Notes: generated by a model not told the origin, from the letters alone. Counted from the first letter of the stretch, positions 37,465 through 47,712 are shown. The stretch: 64,000 nt of DNA from an uncultured delta proteobacterium (GCA_963760885.1 CAVXEY010000015.1:449785-513784); one strand, 5' to 3'. Numbers and translations are program-made.

Positions 37465-39498
37465 ATGCCCGACAGGATCCTTCACTGGATAGACGAACGA
37501 TTCCCCCTGACCGCCATGATCCGGGGGGCGCTGGACGAGGAAATCCCCGGGGGATCGCGGTACGCCTATGCCCTGGGCAGCGCCGTCCTCTTCGTTTTCG
37601 TCCTGCAGATGATCACGGGCGTCGCGCAGCTTTTCTACTATGTCCCCACCGTGGATCACGCGTACGACAGCGTCAACTACCTTCGGACGGAAGTTCCCTT
37701 CGGGTGGCTGATCCACAACCTGCACTACTGGGGAGCCAACGCGATGATCGTGCTGGTGGGCCTTCACATTGCCCGCGTGTTCATCTACGGCGCGTACAAG
37801 GCCCCGAGGGAGCTGACGTGGCTGGCGGGAGTCGTCCTGCTGCTCGTCACGGCGGGCCTTGTGTTCACGGGCGCCCCGCTCCAGTGGGACGAACCCGGAT
37901 ACTGGGCGGCCGAAGTGGGCACCAGCATCGCCGGCACCGTCCCCATCGCGGGGAACGCGGTGAAGCGGCTGCTCCGGGGAGGCGACGTCATGGGGCCGCT
38001 CGCCCTCTCCCGGATGTTCGTTCTCCACGTCGCGATCCTTCCGGCGATCCTTCTGGGATTCCTCGCGATTCACCTGGTGGCTTTCCGCTCGTTCGGCAGC
38101 GTGGGCCCCTGGGACGAGTCGAAGCGGAAGAACACCGGGGAGTTCTGGCCGGACCAGGCGTTCAAGGACACGGTGGTGGTGGTGTTCCTCCTGCTCGTCC
38201 TGGTCTCCCTCTGCGTCTACGCGCCGCCGCCGGTCGCGGGGCCTGCCGACCCGTTGGACACATCCTTCATCCCGAAGCCGGAGTGGAACTTCCTTTTCCT
38301 CTACGAAGCCCTGAAGTTCCTGCCCGGGCGCCTCGAGCCTCTCGGGACGATGGGAATTCCCCTTCTCGGCGTCCTGGTCCTGGTCCTGCTCCCCTTCTTC
38401 GACCGGAGCCCGGAACGGAACCCCCTGCGCCGCAGGTTCGCAATGGCGGGCGGAGCGGCCTGGATCGGGTTCGTCGTGTCCTTCACCGTCATCGGCTACC
38501 TGAGCCATCCCGAAGGAGTCGGAGGGTCCACCGGCCCGCCCCCGAGCGGCTCCTCCGCGAGCCTCTCCCCGAGCGCGCGGGAAGGGGCCCGGCTCTTTGA
38601 ATCCCTGGGGTGCGCCGGTTGCCACAGCATCAACGGCAGGGGGGGGGCGGTGGGTCCCGACCTGTCGGATGAATCGCGCCGCGGACATTCGCGCGCCTGG
38701 ATCGCGGCCCAGATCAGCGACCCGAAATCCCACAACCCGAAAACGATCATGCCTTCCTACCCGACGCTGGGCGACACGCAACGGAACCAGGTCGTGGATT
38801 ACCTGATGAGCCTCGGGAACGTCGACTCGTCGGCGGGCGAAGGTTCGGAGAACGCGCCCCCCGCGAAGGAAACGCCAGCGACTCCCGCCCACCGGCCGCG
38901 TCGCGCCGCGCCTCCGTCCGTTCCGGCGACCCCAAACGCCGGGCTCGCCCCGACGAACCCTTCCCTGCCTCCCGCCGCGGTCCACGGAGCCGGTCCCCTC
39001 TCCGGATCTCCGGGCCAGGGCCCTCCGGGTCCTGCGGCGTCCGTCATCGGCAGCGTGGGGCACGGCGCGAAACTCTTCCGCCTGTACTGCACCTCCTGCC
39101 ACGGGCCGGAAGGGAAAGGCGGCGTTTCCAATCCCGGATCGGAGGGCGGCACGATCCCCGCGCTCAACCCCATCCAGCGGAAATACTTCTCAAGAGATCC
39201 GGGCGAGTTCGCCACCAATATCGACCGGGTCCTCCAGCACGGGGCGATCCCCAAAGGGCCCCTGCCGGAGAAGAGCATGCTCACCTTCGGAACGACGCAT
39301 TCCCTGTCGCAGGAGGAGATCGCGGACCTCGAGGCGTACATCCTGTCCCTGAACGGGGTGGAACGGGCGCAACTCAAGCACCCGGGGATCCAGCCAGGGG
39401 CATGGTTCCTCATCGTACTCGCCGCTTTCGCCCTCGCGGCGGCGGGGCTCTTGGGGCTTCGGTCGCTCCGCTTCCGGAGGGACCCCGGAACGCGGTGA
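37465..39498 (+). CDS. cytochrome b subunit of bc complex fused to a C-terminal diheme cytochrome c domain with C-terminal membrane anchor
   Basis: The cytochrome b core has conserved His pairs (...HYWGANAMIV.., ..FVLHVAILP..). Then follows CAGCH, a ~90-aa Pro/Ala-rich linker, CTSCH and a final hydrophobic helix. Confidence 0.85.
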   Translation: MPDRILHWIDERFPLTAMIRGALDEEIPGGSRYAYALGSAVLFVFVLQMITGVAQLFYYVPTVDHAYDSVNYLRTEVPFGWLIHNLHYWGANAMIVLVGLHIARVFIYGAYKAPRELTWLAGVVLLLVTAGLVFTGAPLQWDEPGYWAAEVGTSIAGTVPIAGNAVKRLLRGGDVMGPLALSRMFVLHVAILPAILLGFLAIHLVAFRSFGSVGPWDESKRKNTGEFWPDQAFKDTVVVVFLLLVLVSLCVYAPPPVAGPADPLDTSFIPKPEWNFLFLYEALKFLPGRLEPLGTMGIPLLGVLVLVLLPFFDRSPERNPLRRRFAMAGGAAWIGFVVSFTVIGYLSHPEGVGGSTGPPPSGSSASLSPSAREGARLFESLGCAGCHSINGRGGAVGPDLSDESRRGHSRAWIAAQISDPKSHNPKTIMPSYPTLGDTQRNQVVDYLMSLGNVDSSAGEGSENAPPAKETPATPAHRPRRAAPPSVPATPNAGLAPTNPSLPPAAVHGAGPLSGSPGQGPPGPAASVIGSVGHGAKLFRLYCTSCHGPEGKGGVSNPGSEGGTIPALNPIQRKYFSRDPGEFATNIDRVLQHGAIPKGPLPEKSMLTFGTTHSLSQEEIADLEAYILSLNGVERAQLKHPGIQPGAWFLIVLAAFALAAAGLLGLRSLRFRRDPGTR

Positions 39499-39546
39499 TG
39501 GAGCCGAAAGACCCCTCCCGCGGGGCCGCCGGGGGGAGCTTCCGGC

Positions 39547-39999
39547 TCATTCGCCCACCTCGTGTCTCACCAGCAGGATGGAGCAGGGCAAGCCACGGAT
39601 GATGGCTTCGTTGAGGTGCCCGAACAGGAAGTGCTCGAGCCGGCTCTCCTCGTGGGCCGGCAGGATGAGAAGATCGATCTTTTCCTCCTTCACGACCTTC
39701 CGGATCAGGCCGATCGGCTCCCCCTGCCGGATCAGTTCCCTCACCGGCAATCCGCTCACCGACTCGGAGCGGATCACCTTGTCCAGGTCCTTTTTCACTT
39801 CCTTGAGCAGCGCCTTGTACTCCTCGTCGACGGAAAGGAACGGCAGGTTCCAGCCATCCTCCCCGAAGGGATCGTGTTCCACGTGGAGAACCACGAGCTC
39901 AGCATCGTACTTCCTCGCCAGGGAAACCCCGTAGCGCACCGTTAAGCGGCTGTGCTTGATGTCCGTGGCCACCACCATGATCCGCTTGATGTCGTTCAT
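39547..39999 (-). CDS. universal stress protein UspA
   Basis: Start MNDIKRIMVVATD at 39999 with GGAGG 5 nt upstream. The ATP-binding G-rich tail ends ...PCSILLVRHE. Confidence 0.7.
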   Translation of the reverse strand: MNDIKRIMVVATDIKHSRLTVRYGVSLARKYDAELVVLHVEHDPFGEDGWNLPFLSVDEEYKALLKEVKKDLDKVIRSESVSGLPVRELIRQGEPIGLIRKVVKEEKIDLLILPAHEESRLEHFLFGHLNEAIIRGLPCSILLVRHEVGE

Positions 40000-40042
40000 G
40001 TCATCCTCCATCCGATATTGTGCGTGTCCAACAGCACTCGTT

Positions 40043-41053
40043 TCATTTCTTCTCCAGGTGGCCGCCGAAGGCGAACCGCATGGCGGAAAGGATCTTGTCG
40101 GCGAAGTCCGCCTCGCCGCGGGAGGCGAAGCGCTGGAAGAGGGCGGCGGAGAGCACCGGCGCGGGGACCGCCTCGTCGACGGCGGCGTGGATGGTCCATC
40201 GCCCCTCGCCGGAGTCGGAGACCCTGCCGGTGTATTTGGCGAGCCCGGGGTCGTCGAGCAGCGCGGCGGCGGTCAGGTCGAGAAGCCAGGAGGCGATGAC
40301 GCTCCCACGGCGCCAGACTTCGGCGACGTCGGCCAGGTCGAAATCGTACCGGTAACGCTCCGGGTCCTGAAGGGGGGTGGTCTCCGCGTCCCGTTCATGC
40401 CGCTCCTTGCCGACGCCGGCGTGTCGCAGGATGTTGAGCCCCTCGGCGTAGGCGGCCATGATGCCGTACTCGATCCCGTTGTGCACCATCTTGACGAAGT
40501 GCCCGGCCCCGTTCGGCCCGCAGTGCAGATACCCGAGCCCGGCGGTGCCGCCGGCCTTTTCCCGTCCGGGCGTTGTCGGGGCGGAGTCGGCGGGTGGCGC
40601 CAGCGCCCTGAAGACGGGGTCAAGGCGCTTCACGATGTCCGGCTCCCCGCCGATCATCTGGCAGTATCCGCGCTCGAGGCCCAACACGCCCCCGCTCGTC
40701 CCCACGTCCACGTAGTGGATTCCCTTCGCGGCGAGGACCGAAGACCGCCGGATGTCGTCCACGTACCAGGAGTTCCCTCCGTCCACGAGAACGTCGCCCC
40801 GCGCGAGACGCGGCGCGAGATCGGCGATGGCCCGGTCCACGACACCCGCCGGGACCATCATCCATACGACGCGCGGCTTCGGGATCCTGCCCAGGAAGTC
40901 GTCGAGCGAGGCGGAGCCCGTCGCCCCTTCCTTCACGAGCGCCGTCACCGCCTCCGCAGAGGTATCGTATACGATGCCCGTGTGCCCGGCACGCATGAGG
41001 CGCCGCACCATGTTGGCGCCCATCCGGCCGAGTCCGATCATTCCGATTTCCAT
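40043..41053 (-). CDS. gnd: 6-phosphogluconate dehydrogenase (decarboxylating)-like NAD(P)-binding protein (short Gnd/YqeC type)
   Basis: Start MEIGMIGLGRMGANMVRRL at 41053 with AAGGAGGAG upstream. 336 aa with a Rossmann GxGxxG and a 6PGDH C-terminal helical domain. Confidence 0.75.
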   Translation of the reverse strand: MEIGMIGLGRMGANMVRRLMRAGHTGIVYDTSAEAVTALVKEGATGSASLDDFLGRIPKPRVVWMMVPAGVVDRAIADLAPRLARGDVLVDGGNSWYVDDIRRSSVLAAKGIHYVDVGTSGGVLGLERGYCQMIGGEPDIVKRLDPVFRALAPPADSAPTTPGREKAGGTAGLGYLHCGPNGAGHFVKMVHNGIEYGIMAAYAEGLNILRHAGVGKERHERDAETTPLQDPERYRYDFDLADVAEVWRRGSVIASWLLDLTAAALLDDPGLAKYTGRVSDSGEGRWTIHAAVDEAVPAPVLSAALFQRFASRGEADFADKILSAMRFAFGGHLEKK

Positions 41054-41401
41054 GGCCACTCCTCCTTTGGCATGCCCCTGGCGGGTCAGCGTCCGGGGAT
41101 TTCTCCCATACGATGCGCTCGCGGCAACCGGGTTTCCCGGATTTTTTGCGGGTTTAGGAAGAAACCTCCCGGGAATGGATCCGCCTCCATCCGGTCCCGG
41201 GAATCGGGGAAACTTTCCCCCGATAATCGCATCGCAATATCGAAAGATACGCATCTGTTTGTTGCGATCCGGAAGGCGCGAAAACGGAACCGGAAGGCGA
41301 TGTCGGCTTTCTCCGGGACGTGAAAGGAGGTGGCGGGAGAAGGAAAACCGGCACGGTGGTTTCGCGGGCAGTAACCCATTCCAATTCCCGGAGGTCGTCT
41401 C

Positions 41402-41782
41402 ATGAAGAAGGCAGTGCTTGTCATCTCGTCGATCGCCTTGCTGTTCGCATCGGGTTGCGCGACGAAGGAGTATGTCAAAACGCAGGTCGACCCGGTCTCC
41501 GACCGCATCGGACGTATCGAGGCCAGGATGAACGTCGTCGAAAGCAAACTCGACCAGGTCACGAAGGATACCGAATCGTTGAAATCCCAGTCGCAGGCCG
41601 ATCGGGCGGCGATCGCGGATGCAAAAGCCATGGCGCAGAAAGCGGAGGCGGAAGCGATGCGCGCCGGCGGCGACGCGAGCAAGGCCGAGGCCGCGGCAAA
41701 GAAAGCCGAGGAAGCGGCGAGGGAGGCCGAAAAAGCCGCCGCGAGAACGGAGAAAATGTTCAAACTGCAACAGAAGAAGTAG
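41402..41782 (+). CDS. Lpp-like coiled-coil lipoprotein
   Basis: GGAGG RBS and lipobox LLFASGC. The mature part is an Ala/Lys/Glu-rich alpha-helical repeat. Confidence 0.6.
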   Translation: MKKAVLVISSIALLFASGCATKEYVKTQVDPVSDRIGRIEARMNVVESKLDQVTKDTESLKSQSQADRAAIADAKAMAQKAEAEAMRAGGDASKAEAAAKKAEEAAREAEKAAARTEKMFKLQQKK

Positions 41783-41991
41783 GGGCGCAACACAGGGGGA
41801 GGAGAGGCCGGCGGACCCGGCCCCCTCCTTCTTTATCGCCACCACCTTGTCCGCATGGATCGTTCCGGCAGCGTGCGCCGCGGAGGAAAGGAAGAGACCC
41901 AGCAGGACGCCGAGCACCAGATTCCTGGCGACCGTGCTCGTTTGCATGCCATCGAATGCCACGAAATAACGTCCCTGGAGTCAACCGGATC

Positions 41992-42870
41992 ATGCTGAGG
42001 CGTGCGATCCTCCTGGCGTCGCTGGCGGTCCTGATTTCCTGTCCGATACCGGATTCTTCCTTCGCGGCCAAGGATCGATGGGAAGGAACGGTCATCGGCA
42101 GGCAGAGGACCTACGTGGTCAAGACCGACGAATCGCTCCTGGAGATCGCAAGGCAATACGACATCGGCTTCGATGCGATTACCGCGGCGAATCCCGGTGT
42201 CGATCCTTTTGTCCCCGACCCGGGGCGCCGGATCGTCCTCCCCACCGAATGGATTCCTCCGGACGCGCCGATCCGGGATGGAATCGTCGTCAACATCGCG
42301 GAAATGCGTCTTTTCGTCCTTCCGCGCGACCGCTCACAAGCCGTCACGACCTTCCCGATCGGAATCGGCGACGAGGGGAGGGAGACGCCGGTCGGCAGGT
42401 ATACCATCATCGGAAAAATCAGGAACCCCACATGGTATGTCCCGGAATCGATCCGGAAGGAACGGCCCGATCTCCCCGCCGCCGTCCCTCCCGGACCGGA
42501 CAATCCGTTGGGAAGCCACGCGCTTCGCCTCTCGAACCCGACCCTTCTCCTCCATGGCACGAATCGTCCCTGGGGTATCGGAATGCGCGTCAGTCACGGA
42601 TGCATCCGATTGCACCAGGAGGATATCGCCCGGTTGTTCGGAATGGTCAGGCGTGGAACGCCGGTGGCCATCGTCAACCAGCCCGTGAAAGCGGCGGCCA
42701 GGGGAGATCGTGTCTACCTGGAGGTTCACAACGATGAGAACAGGAAGGATCTTTACGGAAATGCGCTGGGGGTGCTGAAAGCGAAAAACATGACGAGCCG
42801 GGTCGATCTCAAGAAAATCCGGAAGGCGTGCCGGGAGCGAACCGGTCTCCTGGTGGACGTCTCGAAATAG
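41992..42870 (+). CDS. L,D-transpeptidase (YkuD domain) with LysM-like domain
   Basis: Signal peptide MLRRAILLASLAVLISC, LysM-like YVVKTDESLLEIARQYD and the catalytic HGTNRPWGIGMRVSHGCIRL (His/Cys). Confidence 0.8.
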   Translation: MLRRAILLASLAVLISCPIPDSSFAAKDRWEGTVIGRQRTYVVKTDESLLEIARQYDIGFDAITAANPGVDPFVPDPGRRIVLPTEWIPPDAPIRDGIVVNIAEMRLFVLPRDRSQAVTTFPIGIGDEGRETPVGRYTIIGKIRNPTWYVPESIRKERPDLPAAVPPGPDNPLGSHALRLSNPTLLLHGTNRPWGIGMRVSHGCIRLHQEDIARLFGMVRRGTPVAIVNQPVKAAARGDRVYLEVHNDENRKDLYGNALGVLKAKNMTSRVDLKKIRKACRERTGLLVDVSK

Positions 42871-42935
42871 CGGGGCAGGTCAACACGATCCGGGGAATAC
42901 CGGGTCTGAAGCAGCCGCCGGGAGGTTTCCGGTCT

Positions 42936-43637
42936 TCATTTCGCCGCTGCCGGAGCATACTTTTCCAGCGATTTATCCAGTATTTCCGCACTCGCCGGCG
43001 TTTTGATCCCCTTTCCCGAGAGGATCTCCGAAGGACGAACCTCTTCCTTCCCGTAATACGCGGCATCGCTCTTGTCGTCCACCTGCAGGGAGGATCCCTC
43101 CAGGGAGACGCCGGCGAAGAGTCCACGGCTCCGGGAGTAGGAATAGATCTCCGCCTTCAGCGCGATATCGGTGGACGCCTTCACCGACCGTCCCACCGGA
43201 CCAGCCGCCGCAGCCGCCTCGGCCCCCAGGGTGTATTGCCCTTTCATGATCCCCTCGATGCTCCGGGGGGTCTTGAAAACAATTACGAAGTCGGTGGATT
43301 CGGCGCCGATCTGCCAACCGATGCTGCCGCTCGTCAGGGTGATGAACACCGGATTGCTCCATGCGCCGCCTTTCCCGCGGACGACCAACACACCGCGGCC
43401 GTACTGCCCTCCCACAAAGAGCCCGACCTTGATGACCCCGGGTACGATGGCGATCCCCTGGGCGTCCGACATCAGGGCGGGGGGTATCGCGCTCTCGGGA
43501 ATCTCCATGATCTTCGACAAAACCTCGGTGGCGGACTCGACGCGTCCCGTCTCCTCGCTCGCCGCGATCGCGGATGCCGAAGGGAGCGCAAGGAACAGGA
43601 ACAGCACCACTGGAAGCATCCGGTGGATTCTCGTCAT
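42936..43637 (-). CDS. SYLF (Ysc84/DUF500) lipid-binding domain protein, secreted
   Basis: Start MTRIHRMLPVV at 43637 with a signal peptide and glycine-rich SYLF core motifs. Confidence 0.6.
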   Translation of the reverse strand: MTRIHRMLPVVLFLFLALPSASAIAASEETGRVESATEVLSKIMEIPESAIPPALMSDAQGIAIVPGVIKVGLFVGGQYGRGVLVVRGKGGAWSNPVFITLTSGSIGWQIGAESTDFVIVFKTPRSIEGIMKGQYTLGAEAAAAAGPVGRSVKASTDIALKAEIYSYSRSRGLFAGVSLEGSSLQVDDKSDAAYYGKEEVRPSEILSGKGIKTPASAEILDKSLEKYAPAAAK

Positions 43638-43741
43638 GGCGGTTTTTCCCCTTTCCTGTCGAATCGATGACGACCCTACGATGAGATCCGCGGGGGCCCG
43701 GATTCTCCCCTCGTTAATCCGTCTTCTTCCCTCGAATTCCC

Positions 43742-44575
43742 CTACCGCTCCGCCTCCGGAGGACACTCCGCCAGGAACCGGTCGATCAGCCGCCTTGCGA
43801 TCGTGCCATGATGCGGTATCCGGAGCTGGAGGACTTCCCCCGGGCCGAACCAGCCCGCCCGAACGATCTCCTTTTCCTCGAGAACGAGGTCTCCGCCGGC
43901 AAACGAAGCGGTGAAGCCGACCATCAAGGAGTGCGGGAACGGCCACGGCTGGCTTCCGAAGTACCGGAGGTCCTCCACCTCGATCCCGACCTCCTCCCGG
44001 ATCTCCCGGCGCACGCACTCCTCGAACGTCTCCCCCGGCTCGACGAATCCGGCGAGCACGCTGTAGAAGGCCGCGGGGAACCGGCTGGATTGCGCAAGGA
44101 GGATCTTGCCGTTCCGGACCACGGCGACGATGATGGCCGGCGTGACCCGCGGGAAAAAATGGAGCCCGCACGCCGCGCAGGCTCTCCCCCGCTCCCCTTC
44201 CAACGGATCGGTGCGTCCTCCGCACTTCCCGCAATACTGGTGCGTCCGGTCCCAGTCCATGACCTGGAATGCCCGTCCGGCGAGGGAGAACATCTCTTCC
44301 GGGAGCACCCCGAGCAAGGGGCGCAGCGCGCGGAAGGACGTTCCTTCCGGTTCGACCTCCCCGGCAAGCTCACCGGAGTAGCAGGGGGCGCCGTCCAGCG
44401 TTCCGAGGAATTGCGTCCGGACGGGTGATAGTCCCGCGTCTTCCGCGGATACCCAGCGCGGGATCGCGACCTCGACGCCCCGGGCTTCCACCAGGAGCCG
44501 GTCACCGTGGAACAGGAACCACCACGCGTTGTTCGAAAGGGTCGGCGGCGGCGCTACGGCGGGGAGAAAGAGCAT
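43742..44575 (-). CDS. nudC: NADH pyrophosphatase (NUDIX hydrolase with zinc ribbon)
   Basis: It has the CGKCGG...CAAC zinc ribbon and Nudix box GFVEPGETFEECVRREIREEVG. Confidence 0.8.
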   Translation of the reverse strand: MLFLPAVAPPPTLSNNAWWFLFHGDRLLVEARGVEVAIPRWVSAEDAGLSPVRTQFLGTLDGAPCYSGELAGEVEPEGTSFRALRPLLGVLPEEMFSLAGRAFQVMDWDRTHQYCGKCGGRTDPLEGERGRACAACGLHFFPRVTPAIIVAVVRNGKILLAQSSRFPAAFYSVLAGFVEPGETFEECVRREIREEVGIEVEDLRYFGSQPWPFPHSLMVGFTASFAGGDLVLEEKEIVRAGWFGPGEVLQLRIPHHGTIARRLIDRFLAECPPEAER

Positions 44576-44611
44576 GAGGACCCTCTATGGCTTCATCCGG
44601 CGGGGAAGAGC

Positions 44612-45958
44612 CTACCGCCCGGCGGTTATTCGCGGGGCGAGGAAATCCAGCAGCTCGCCGCGCGCGGCGAGCAGGCGGTATTGCGCCTCGGCCAGGTCGT
44701 AGATGGCGTTCTGCCGGTCGGTCTTCGCGCGTGTCAAAAGCGTCTGGGCGTCCAGCACCTCCGTGGAGATCGCAATCCCCTCCTTGTACCGCTCTTCCTG
44801 GATCCGCAGGTTTTCCTCCGCGTTCACGACGGCCACCTCGGCCGCCGCTTTCCTCTTGTCGGCCTCCGTCACGAGCAGGTGGGCGGACTTGACCTCCAGC
44901 GCGATCTCGTCCCGCAGCTTGCCGAACGTCTCCTTGCGCCGGCCGACGTCGAGTCGCGCCTGTCGAAGCGACGCCTCGTCGGCAAACCCGGAGAAGAGGT
45001 TCACCTTCCCGCCCAGGAGGATCGAGAAAACGCCCCGGTGCGGGTTCAGGTCGTTGGCCTCGTACGAATAGCCTCCCTGCCCGAAGAAGGTCGGCGCGAA
45101 CTCGCTCCGGGCGGTATCGGCGGCGGCTTCCCCTTCCCGGATCGAGGCGCCCTGCGCGCGCAGTTCCTGGCGTTTCTCCATCGCAGCCCGAAGGCTTTCG
45201 GAAAGCGGCGGAACCGCACCCGAGGGTACGGGGTACGGACCGGGGGCCGGGGTCAGGGAACGGTCCCCCGGGTACCCCATCCGCAGCGCAAGCCGGGAGC
45301 GGGAAATCTCCACGCGGACCTCGGCGGTGATGAGGGCGGCCTCGGAATTGGCGACCACCACATCGGCTGCGAGGACGTCGTTCCTGGCCACGGTCCCTAC
45401 ATCGAACTGGTCCCTGGCCAAACGCCGGTGATCGATCGCCGTGGCGAGAGACTCCTCGGCGACCTTGCGAAGCGCGTCCGCACGTTTGGCGTCAAGGAAC
45501 GCGGAGATCACGGCCAGCGACTGCCGCTCCCGGGTGACCCCTTCCAACCGTTCCGAGACATCGGTCCGGGCCCCGGCCTGATCCACGCGGGACCGCGTCC
45601 GGCCGAAGTCGTAGATCGTCTGCTCCGCCGTAAGCCTGGCGCGCCAGATGTTCTTATCCGCGGTTTGTACCGGGATTCCCTGGAAGATGGTCCCGGGCGG
45701 CTCCGACAGGGCGGTGTAGTCCCCGCTTGCATCCAGCCGGGGAAGCCACCTCGCGGACGCCACGTTCCTGCCCTCGGCCGTGATGCGGACGTCCTGCGCC
45801 GCCAGATGCACGTCACGCCCATTGGAAAGCGCGATCCGGACCGCTTCCTCGAAGGTAACGGTCGGCGATGCCGCGACGGGGTCCGGTCCCTGCGCAGCGG
45901 CGTGGGAAGCGAGGAGCAGGAGCAGAATCAGGTGCAGGACAACCCCTGGAGGACGCAT
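44612..45958 (-). CDS. tolC: TolC-family outer-membrane efflux channel
   Basis: Start MRPPGVVLHLILLLLLASHAAAQ at 45958 (signal peptide). It has a two-fold repeated alpha/beta architecture. Confidence 0.75.
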   Translation of the reverse strand: MRPPGVVLHLILLLLLASHAAAQGPDPVAASPTVTFEEAVRIALSNGRDVHLAAQDVRITAEGRNVASARWLPRLDASGDYTALSEPPGTIFQGIPVQTADKNIWRARLTAEQTIYDFGRTRSRVDQAGARTDVSERLEGVTRERQSLAVISAFLDAKRADALRKVAEESLATAIDHRRLARDQFDVGTVARNDVLAADVVVANSEAALITAEVRVEISRSRLALRMGYPGDRSLTPAPGPYPVPSGAVPPLSESLRAAMEKRQELRAQGASIREGEAAADTARSEFAPTFFGQGGYSYEANDLNPHRGVFSILLGGKVNLFSGFADEASLRQARLDVGRRKETFGKLRDEIALEVKSAHLLVTEADKRKAAAEVAVVNAEENLRIQEERYKEGIAISTEVLDAQTLLTRAKTDRQNAIYDLAEAQYRLLAARGELLDFLAPRITAGR

Positions 45959-46073
45959 GAAAACAGGATATTGGGAACGCACCCCGAAGCAAAGAGGGAA
46001 TTTGCACGGGAGCACCCTTCGGGGCGTCACCTCGGATACTCCCCCTCGTTACATCGGCATCCCGCCGGGATCT

Positions 46074-46415
46074 TCACGCTTTGCGAACGTTCGGGGGCGC
46101 CGGATCCCTGATCAGACGGTTCAACACGTCCGCTTTCTGCAGACCGACCGATTGCGCCTTGACGTCCCGCCACCAGGCCAGGCAGGTGACCGAGGCGCCG
46201 GCCACGATCCCGCAGAAGAGCCAGGCCAGGTCCTCGTCGATGTCGGAGTGTCCGGTGATCCGGACACCGTATCGAAGCGCTCCGGCGGCAACGTCGTTCC
46301 TGGTGGAGAAATACGCAAGCGCAAGGATGGAGATCCCAAGGGTCATACCGATCACAAAGGACAGGACGACGTTGAAGTGGCGACGGATCCAACCGCGAAA
46401 CTCCTCCATCATCAC
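46074..46415 (-). CDS. small 2-TM membrane protein (DUF4112-like)
   Basis: 113 aa with two hydrophobic helices. Confidence 0.4.
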   Translation of the reverse strand: MMMEEFRGWIRRHFNVVLSFVIGMTLGISILALAYFSTRNDVAAGALRYGVRITGHSDIDEDLAWLFCGIVAGASVTCLAWWRDVKAQSVGLQKADVLNRLIRDPAPPNVRKA

Positions 46416-46562
46416 GGCACCCCCCGATCGTTCGCTTCGTTCCAGTATAAGGCGTACGATGCGGCCCGAGGGTTACAATTCTTCCCCTGTTCGGGAGCGC
46501 CTGCGAAATCGGGGGAATCCCTGCGGTTTCTGCGGGGAAGATCTTCCCCTATAATATGGGCC

Positions 46563-47561
46563 ATGCGCCGGAATTGGCTTCCTCTTCTTGGGTTCCTCCT
46601 CCTCTTTCCTCCCCTCGCGGGAGCACAGGATCTCTCCCTGCTCGTCGGGGCCTCGGAATCCGCGATCTCGCCCACTTCCGGCCACGCCTGGCAACTGGAG
46701 TTCCGGGAATCGCTCGGCCGGTATCTTGCCGTCTCCGGGTCGTACGTCAACGAGGGGCATCTCCGGGACCACAAACGGGACGGGTTGGCCGCCCAGTTGT
46801 GGGGACGCGTTCCCCTCTTCCGCCGGCGGGTCTCGCTGGACTTCGGCGGGGGGCCGTATCGCTACTTCGACACGCAGGCGGTCGCAGGAGGCGGGTACGT
46901 CGACGCCAGCGGGTGGGGGGGGATCTTCAGCGCATCCGCCACGCTCCACACGAAATCCCCCTGGTTCGCCCGGTTCGTGGTGAACCACATCTACGTCCCG
47001 AAGAACCTGGATGCAAACACCTATGTCCTCGGAGTGGGGTACCACCTCTGGGAGGAACGGCCTGGGGAAGGGGGAACACCCGGGGAGTCTCCCGGAACCG
47101 ATGACCCGCAAAGGAAGATCACGGGCGACGAAGTCACGCTCTCCATCGGGCAGACCGTGGTGAACAGCTACCAGGACCAGAAAGGATTCGCCGGGGGGAT
47201 CGAATTCCGGAAAGGGATCGCGGAGCATATCGACTGGACCTTGTCCTGGGTGAACGCCGGAGATGTGGCGGTGAACCGCCGGAACGGGCTGGGGACCCAA
47301 CTCTGGCTGGTGGACGAATACCTCGACGGCCGCTTCCCTATCGGGATCGGCGCCGGACCGATCTACTTCCTCGATCGGAGGAATTCCCCGAACGGGAACC
47401 GGGGAAACGTGCGGGACCTGGCGGGCCTGGTGACCCTCACCGCGGCCTACCGCTTCTCGGAGCACTGGTTCGCCCGCTTCCACTGGGACCGTGTGTTCAC
47501 CTCCAACAACACCGACGCCGACCTGTTTCTGGCGGGAATCGGTTACCGCTTTCGGGAGTAG
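46563..47561 (+). CDS. secreted outer-membrane beta-barrel-like protein built from an internal tandem duplication (PagL/OMP-like)
   Basis: Signal peptide MRRNWLPLLGFLLLFPPLAGA. Residues ~40-150 and ~190-300 align (EFRxxL..., WVNxG, GLxxQLW, GxGPxYFxD). The C-terminal F ending is typical of OMPs. Confidence 0.55.
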   Translation: MRRNWLPLLGFLLLFPPLAGAQDLSLLVGASESAISPTSGHAWQLEFRESLGRYLAVSGSYVNEGHLRDHKRDGLAAQLWGRVPLFRRRVSLDFGGGPYRYFDTQAVAGGGYVDASGWGGIFSASATLHTKSPWFARFVVNHIYVPKNLDANTYVLGVGYHLWEERPGEGGTPGESPGTDDPQRKITGDEVTLSIGQTVVNSYQDQKGFAGGIEFRKGIAEHIDWTLSWVNAGDVAVNRRNGLGTQLWLVDEYLDGRFPIGIGAGPIYFLDRRNSPNGNRGNVRDLAGLVTLTAAYRFSEHWFARFHWDRVFTSNNTDADLFLAGIGYRFRE

Positions 47562-47712
47562 CCCAACGGGTGCCTTCCGCTCACGACCGGATTATGATCC
47601 TATCGCCGGAGATTCCCGCTTCTTCGAAAAGAATCCGCGTAACCTTTCCCATCCCCTTGACGCCAGTACAGGGTATGAGGCCGATCGAAAATGGCCGATC
47701 CGGGAGGAAACG

